A stretch of 64,000 nt of DNA from an uncultured Planctomycetota bacterium (lineage in GTDB: Bacteria; Planctomycetota; Planctomycetia; Pirellulales; Thermoguttaceae), in NCBI GenBank assembly GCA_900318195.1, contig ONJR01000162.1, positions 35,051 through 99,050 on the forward strand, read 5' to 3'. The position numbers and the translations under genes are program-made. The notes below the pieces were generated by a model. That model searched no databases. It worked only from the letters and a program-made list of their open reading frames with translations, and was not told the DNA's origin. Of the stretch, positions 58,802 through 64,000 are shown in pieces (the stretch's first letter is position 1; every line of letters begins with the position of its first letter).

Positions 58802-59623
58802 CTATCGCACCCTACCGCCGGAAAGCGCCAAGCGTAGCGGCGAAAAGAGCCAACTAGAACCAAAATAACCGACCAATTTGTAAAAGACGGTAGGAATACA
58901 AACGACATTTGGTCGAAATCGGCGGCGTAGCGAACGCAGAGACGCGTCGACTACACGGTCAGCGCTTTGCCATATAATCTCAGGGTAGATTTGTTTTACA
59001 TTTGAACGTTTCATCGTCTCTGAAATGTGGAACTCCGTATTAGCAAAACCAGGACACAACGCCTGAACACGTATTCCAAACCGTCTAACGTCGCACTGAA
59101 GACACTTTGAGAAAGTTACCAGATACGCTTTCGTACCGCAATAGTCCGCCGCGCCCTGACCTGCAAGAAACCCGGCAACCGAGGCGACGTTGACAATATA
59201 ACCCGCGTCCTTCTTTTTTCCCTGCGCCTTCATTGGCACGAGCGCTGCGCGCGCCAAACGCATCGACGCCAGACAGTGAGTCAGCACCATACGCGTTTCG
59301 ACCTCGACTGAAACGTCTGGAAATTGCTGATTGCCGCCAAAACCTGCATTGTTAATCAAGTATCGTAGTGTCGAAAAACGTTCCACCCGACGCTCAATTT
59401 CAGCTAGATCGTCTTGATTAGCAAGATCGGCGACAACAGCCTCTACCTCAACGCCATACTTACTTCGAATTTTTTCGGCGACTGAATTGAGTTTTTCTTC
59501 ACGACGCGCCACGATCATTAAATCACACCCTTCGGCGGCAAGACGATCGGCAAAAATCATTCCAAAACCGCTCGAGGCGCCCGTTATAACAGCCACAGCC
59601 CGACCGTTCGCTCCTATCGACAT
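58802..59623 (-). CDS. Short-chain dehydrogenase/reductase (SDR)
   Basis: AVITGASSGFG cofactor motif, NNAG, and the YCGTKAY active site. ATG at 59623 has an AAAGGGG RBS. The listed ORF extension to 60001 runs across the SRP RNA gene. Confidence 0.85.
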   Translation of the reverse strand: MSIGANGRAVAVITGASSGFGMIFADRLAAEGCDLMIVARREEKLNSVAEKIRSKYGVEVEAVVADLANQDDLAEIERRVERFSTLRYLINNAGFGGNQQFPDVSVEVETRMVLTHCLASMRLARAALVPMKAQGKKKDAGYIVNVASVAGFLAGQGAADYCGTKAYLVTFSKCLQCDVRRFGIRVQALCPGFANTEFHISETMKRSNVKQIYPEIIWQSADRVVDASLRSLRRRFRPNVVCIPTVFYKLVGYFGSSWLFSPLRLALSGGRVR

Positions 59624-59796
59624 AGACGCTGCCCCTTTCTGACAGTATTCCCTTCCACTCCTCGAACAATTCCACTCAAACGTATACATCCGTCTTAAGG
59701 ACGCGTCTGCAACGCTCACAATGCCTATTATAATGTGTCTCGAGCGCGGCTGAGCGCGAAAAAAATGAAAATGATTCTTTTTCAAACTTTTCCCCA

Positions 59797-59824
59797 TTGA
59801 TAAAATTCTTTCTTTGGATACAAT
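59797..59824 (+). promoter_or_regulatory. Sigma70-like promoter TTGATA-16-TACAAT for ffs
   Basis: TTGATA at 59797-59802 and TACAAT at 59819-59824, about 20 nt before the first paired base of the SRP RNA. Confidence 0.5.
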
Positions 59825-59843
59825 CAAGCAAAGAGTTGAGTCG

Positions 59844-59970
59844 AACGACGCGACTTTGAACGAGGCCCCCTGCAATGGGAGCCCGTGAACCTGGTCAGGT
59901 GAGAAATCAAGCAGCCATAAGCGGTTACTTTTATGTGCCGGGGGTTCTCGTTCAGAGCCGCGTCGTTTTT
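59844..59970 (+). ncRNA. ffs: Signal recognition particle RNA (4.5S-type)
   Basis: CCTGGTCAGGTGAGAAATCAAGCAGCCATAAGCGG matches the domain IV consensus (GGUCAGG, GNRA loop, AGCAGCC). The 5' segment AACGACGCG..TGAACGAG.CCCCC pairs with the 3' segment GGGGG..CTCGTTCA..CGCGTCGTT. A T-run follows. It lies directly upstream of dnaX, the usual synteny. Confidence 0.85.
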
Positions 59971-60193
59971 GTTTTTCTTGACGGTTATAACGAATACTCA
60001 TGTGGATAAAGCGTCCGTAATTTCGCCATTTTTACATTAGAACGCTCTGAACGCCTTTACTCAGATTATACTAGCTAGATGGTACTCTCAGACGATGGTC
60101 TGGCGTATTTGGATCATTACTAATCGTGCGCGCAGTCGTGTTTTCATAATCGACAGACGCGTAGTCATTACCCCTTGAGATGGAGGTTGCGCC

Positions 60194-62527
60194 GTGAAAC
60201 GCGCTCGTCAAGATTCTACCTCTTCTGAAGCGCCGAGTTTACTATTCGGCGACGCGTTTATGACGTCGGAATCAGAAACGACTCAGGCAGACCGCGCAGG
60301 TTCGGAAGATGTTGGGTCGAAAGTCAAAAAACGAAAGACGTCGAAAAAATCCGAGCCTAAAGATAAATCGCAACTGTTAGGCGATCCTTCTGAAGCGCTC
60401 TTTGCGGCGCAGCCTCTAGTACCCGAGAGAGTCGTCGACGAGCCCAGTAATGCAAGCGAAGAATCGACGAGCATAGCGGCACAAGGCGCTGACGTAGAGG
60501 TTGACGACCAGTGCGAAGCAGACTCAACAGTCAATTCGCAAGAGTTGGAGAGTACGCCAAACACTTTCGTTGAAACAGACCGACGCACTGAAGAGTTCAC
60601 GGTGGAAGAATCGGTGAAAACTATGGTCGACGGTCCATCAGAAAAAGATGACATTACCAACGTTGCGTTGTCCTCGTCTGGATCGTCCCTGCCTTCCAAG
60701 TCAGAGAATAGAGAAGTAGCGTCGCCTGTTTCGCAAGCGTCTACATCAACTCCCTCTGAATTTCAGCGACGCGAAAAAAAACCGAGCGCCTATCAAGTTG
60801 TCGCGCGACGCTACCGACCTCAAGCGTTTGACGAACTCATTGGGCAGGAAACAGTCGCGCGCGCACTATCGAACGCGATCGAAACGGATCGCGTTGGGCA
60901 CGCCTATCTTTTCACGGGGGCGCGCGGCGTCGGTAAAACGTCCTGCGCTCGCATTTTTGCTAAGGCGCTGAACTGCGTCGAGGGACCGACGACACATCCA
61001 TGTTTGAAATGTGACAGTTGTGTCGGGATTGCGACGGGCGACGACGTCGACGTTCTTGAAATAGACGGGGCAAGCAACCGAGGCGTCGACGAGATTCGTC
61101 AACTTCGCCAAAACGCAACGATCGCGCCAAGCCGCTCGCTCTACAAGATCTATATCATAGACGAAGTGCATATGCTAACGCGTGAAGCGTTCAACGCGCT
61201 CCTTAAAACGCTCGAGGAACCGCCCGCACGAGTGAAATTTATCTTCTGTACCACCGAACCTAACAAGATCCCGATAACAATCTTGTCCAGATGCCAGCGC
61301 TTCGATTTTAGCAGTATTAATGGAGGTTCAATCGCGTCGCGATTAGCTCAGATAGCAAAGCAAGAAGGCGCCGAGGCAGAAGAAGGGGTTTTTGACATAC
61401 TCGCGCGCCGCGCAAACGGCTCGATGCGGGACGCTCAGTCTTTGTTGGAACAGTTACTTTCGTTTGCGCCAACCTACATATCTCAAGAGACCGTTCATAA
61501 TATGCTAGGTTCAGTCGACGATCGTAAGATATTCGACTTGCTTGACGCAACAGCTCAAGGAAACGCCGCGCGCGTCTTTGAAACGTTGGGAATAGCGGCA
61601 ACGCAAGGGGTCGACTTCGGAACGCTCATTGAACAAATGTTAGGAGTCTATCGCGATCTCATGGTTGTCGCAAGCGGTTGTGGCGAGAAGGAGCTTCTCT
61701 ACTCGCCCGTCGCGCGGATGACTGAACTCCAAAAGATAGCGCAAGCGTTTGGAATACGTCGCATCTTGGCGTCGCTTCAGATTCTCGATCAAACGGCTCA
61801 ACGCATGAGGTATAGCGCACAAGCGCGAGTTCTTGCGGAAATTGCGCTTGTGCGTCTGTGCCGACTCGACGCCTTCCAGTCGCTCGAATCGCTAATCGCG
61901 CAGTTGCAGTCCGGCGCAATACCGAACGCGCAGGTTGCATTGCCGATCTCTTCGTCGTCGCCTTCTCAACAGGAAGACGACGAGCAAAAAAAAAATCTAG
62001 CAAACGTTAACCCGGTTCCTGCGCCGCATCCCGCAATCGGCGCTTCAGCGCCCACCCAGTCGGATAACTCAGCGACTATAATGACGCAGTCGCCCCGTCA
62101 GTTACAAGCTGCGTGGCATGAAGCGACGAATCGAGGCGTCGTTCTACCCAATCACGCCACGACTGCCGCCGAAGTCAGAATTGAGCCGCCAAATAGTTTT
62201 GTCGTCGTCTTCCCAGGCGATAGATTAACGGAACGCGATTACTGCGAAATGGAGCGCGCAACGATTCAGGAGCGACTTGGTGAACTACTAGACGCAAAAC
62301 TCCACCTCCGTCTCATCGTTGATCCCAACCTGAAATCGCCTCAGAAACCGCCGACCTCCAATGTCGGCGCACGCGGCGAACCGCGAGCGGCGCGCGTCAA
62401 TTTGCGCGCGCTTTATACACAGGTCGCTGAAAGCGAAATTGCGCTACAAATTAAAGAGGTCTTCGACGCCGATCTCGTCGAAGTCAAACCGCCAGCTATA
62501 AACAAATCTCAATCCCCAACGACGTAG
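60194..62527 (+). CDS. dnaX: DNA polymerase III subunit tau/gamma
   Basis: RYRPQAFDELIGQE, GHAYLFTGARGVGKTSCARIFAKALNC, the zinc module CLKCDSC, IIDEVHML, and SRCQRF. A roughly 190-aa acidic/Ser-rich N-terminal extension makes the GTG start at 60194 uncertain. Confidence 0.9.
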   Translation: MKRARQDSTSSEAPSLLFGDAFMTSESETTQADRAGSEDVGSKVKKRKTSKKSEPKDKSQLLGDPSEALFAAQPLVPERVVDEPSNASEESTSIAAQGADVEVDDQCEADSTVNSQELESTPNTFVETDRRTEEFTVEESVKTMVDGPSEKDDITNVALSSSGSSLPSKSENREVASPVSQASTSTPSEFQRREKKPSAYQVVARRYRPQAFDELIGQETVARALSNAIETDRVGHAYLFTGARGVGKTSCARIFAKALNCVEGPTTHPCLKCDSCVGIATGDDVDVLEIDGASNRGVDEIRQLRQNATIAPSRSLYKIYIIDEVHMLTREAFNALLKTLEEPPARVKFIFCTTEPNKIPITILSRCQRFDFSSINGGSIASRLAQIAKQEGAEAEEGVFDILARRANGSMRDAQSLLEQLLSFAPTYISQETVHNMLGSVDDRKIFDLLDATAQGNAARVFETLGIAATQGVDFGTLIEQMLGVYRDLMVVASGCGEKELLYSPVARMTELQKIAQAFGIRRILASLQILDQTAQRMRYSAQARVLAEIALVRLCRLDAFQSLESLIAQLQSGAIPNAQVALPISSSSPSQQEDDEQKKNLANVNPVPAPHPAIGASAPTQSDNSATIMTQSPRQLQAAWHEATNRGVVLPNHATTAAEVRIEPPNSFVVVFPGDRLTERDYCEMERATIQERLGELLDAKLHLRLIVDPNLKSPQKPPTSNVGARGEPRAARVNLRALYTQVAESEIALQIKEVFDADLVEVKPPAINKSQSPTT
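61971..62010 (+). promoter_or_regulatory. Candidate dnaX recoding signal (A10 slippery run with stops in both alternative frames)
   Basis: AGGAAG at 61971-61976, the A10 run at 61986-61995, the +1 frame TAG at 61998-62000, and the -1 frame TAA at 62008-62010. Confidence 0.5.
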
Positions 62528-62537
62528 GGAGTGCGCT

Positions 62538-63965
62538 ATGTCAATGTCCGACGGTCGCGAAATTTTGATTATTCCGGAAATTGTCGGGCTCGACGCGCGT
62601 GCGTCGATTATCCGAATACCGCCCGATCTAGACGCTCCACTAACTCCGCGAGTGCGTCGAATAATCGATTCTCGCGCGTTTCAGCGACTAACGCGAATCC
62701 CACAACTGGGCTTTGTTCAACTTGTCTATCCTGGCGCGACGCACACGCGGTTTGAACATTCGCTCGGCGTCTATCGTTTGACCTTACTCCTCGTTAAGAA
62801 GCTCGCTCGCGATCCGCGTTTCGCAGCTTTAGTACGAGCACAAGACGCAGAAACGCTCATACTAGCGGCGTTGCTTCACGACGTCGGGCACTTTCCATTC
62901 TGCCATCTCCTTGAGGATCTTAAACTACCTGGGTTAATTTCACACGAAGAAGCGGCCGAAGCGAGCGTGCTTGGCGAGTTGTCGCCTCTCATTCGTCATG
63001 ATTGGGGAGTCGACCCCTTAAACGTTTGCGACGTTCTCGTAAAAAGAGCGCCGTTGCGACGCCCAGGAGAATCGAATGAAGAATATGATCGGCGGCGGCG
63101 AGTTTTTCGCCTTCTGTCTAGCATTCTTTCAGGTCCGATTGACGTCGACAAGATGGATTACCTCATGCGCGACAGTCATGCGGCAGGCGTTCCCTACGGC
63201 AGAAATTATGACCTTGATCGTCTCGTAGGCAGTATTTGTCTTAACGAGCAAGGCGACGGCGTCGCTATCACAAGTAAGGGTAAAACGGCGGCCGAACTTA
63301 TGGTTTTTGCGCGATACGTTATGTTTAGCGAAGTCTATTGGCACCATGCGTCGCGTGCGGCAACCGTTATGTTCCAACGAGCCGTCTTCTCGCTCAGTCG
63401 AGCGCTGGGAAGCAATAGAACGCTGATCGACGACCTCCGGACACTCTCAAACGCAGAAGTTCAGTCGCGGTTATTCGAGCTACTAAACACGTGGGAACTT
63501 ACGAGCCAACCGGCGCTTCGAAAAGAGATTCACACACTACTAGCAGGGCTATTTGGGAGCGAGCGTCGGCTCTATAAGAGAGCGCGCGAGTTCAGCGCCA
63601 TGGAGTCGCCGCGCCTCTACGCCAAAATAGCGGGACGATCATACAACGAAGTAAATCAGATAGCCGACCTTGTCGCATACCGTTTGGGTCTGCGCCCAGG
63701 CGACGCGCTAATCGACGCGCCGCCTATTGACAAGGAAGTCGAATTCAAGATAGACGTCTTTTATCAGCGTGAAGGTTTGTACCGCGCTCTATCCGACGTT
63801 TCGCCCGTTGTCCGCGCGCTAGCGCTTGAACAGTTTGACGACTATGTCAAACGAGTGCGCCTCTTTATTGATCCGCGCGCAATTGACCGCGTCAGAGAGC
63901 TCGAGAATATCGATCAATTACTGGCGACTGTCGTAAACGAATACGATCATGATTCGCGGTTTTGA
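62538..63965 (+). CDS. HD-domain phosphohydrolase (dNTPase/SAMHD1-like)
   Basis: RFEHSLGVYRL, LLHDVGHFPFCH, and DVDKMDYLMRDSHAAGVPYG motifs. The gene starts 10 nt after the dnaX stop. Confidence 0.8.
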   Translation: MSMSDGREILIIPEIVGLDARASIIRIPPDLDAPLTPRVRRIIDSRAFQRLTRIPQLGFVQLVYPGATHTRFEHSLGVYRLTLLLVKKLARDPRFAALVRAQDAETLILAALLHDVGHFPFCHLLEDLKLPGLISHEEAAEASVLGELSPLIRHDWGVDPLNVCDVLVKRAPLRRPGESNEEYDRRRRVFRLLSSILSGPIDVDKMDYLMRDSHAAGVPYGRNYDLDRLVGSICLNEQGDGVAITSKGKTAAELMVFARYVMFSEVYWHHASRAATVMFQRAVFSLSRALGSNRTLIDDLRTLSNAEVQSRLFELLNTWELTSQPALRKEIHTLLAGLFGSERRLYKRAREFSAMESPRLYAKIAGRSYNEVNQIADLVAYRLGLRPGDALIDAPPIDKEVEFKIDVFYQREGLYRALSDVSPVVRALALEQFDDYVKRVRLFIDPRAIDRVRELENIDQLLATVVNEYDHDSRF

Positions 63966-64000
63966 ACGCCTTTGTCGCCTGCTCGTTTATAAAAAAACGC

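Noticed and set aside
59624-60001. N-terminal 126 residues of the listed 399-aa ORF 58802..60001
   Set aside because: The SDR homology begins at the Met at 59623, which has its own RBS. The extension runs antisense across the SRP RNA gene and its promoter, and its composition is implausible.
1-64000. CRISPR arrays, transposases/integrases, prophage genes, toxin-antitoxin pairs, restriction-modification or other known defence modules
   Set aside because: I saw no spaced direct repeats, no recombinase or transposase motifs, no flanking inverted or direct repeats, and no abrupt island-like composition shift beyond the short AT-rich promoter regions. The window reads as core chromosome.

Overview
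This is a dense, mostly housekeeping chromosomal segment of about 46 protein genes plus one SRP RNA. I saw no rRNA, tRNA, CRISPR array, transposase, integrase or recognisable defence gene. Gene content suggests a Planctomycetota-like genome, which is inference only. The hints are a 775-aa multi-PDZ RseP, a Tat-signal Gfo/Idh/MocA oxidoreductase, an FGE/SUMF1-domain lipoprotein, a membrane-anchored prenyltransferase-repeat protein, and giant orphan ORFs of 1552 and 1090 aa.

Recognisable genes are rseP, dxr, cstA, rpsU, recA, recR, coaX, purH, aroH, aat, greA, gltA, ffs and dnaX. There are also several aminotransferases, hydrolases and kinases.

I did not find a clear-cut new system. The observations most worth follow-up are:
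1. An A10 slippery run in dnaX (61986-61995) has stops close by in both alternative frames, giving a predicted tau/gamma recoding site.
2. A 696-bp gene-free interval (35165-35860) carries a consensus promoter and a visibly structured, GC-richer core that matches no RNA family I can recognise.
3. Right after that interval sit two homologues that appear to have lost catalytic motifs. One is a C26/GATase-like protein without the nucleophile Cys. The other is an AnmK-like protein with degenerate ASKHA glycine motifs.
4. A PolX-like protein has an intact PHP domain but substituted palm aspartates.
5. A 1552-aa orphan protein lies 43 nt upstream of a sensor-less histidine kinase with no response regulator nearby.
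6. The greA leader contains a terminator-like hairpin.

All start sites, promoters and terminators are read by eye from the sequence and are not computed.
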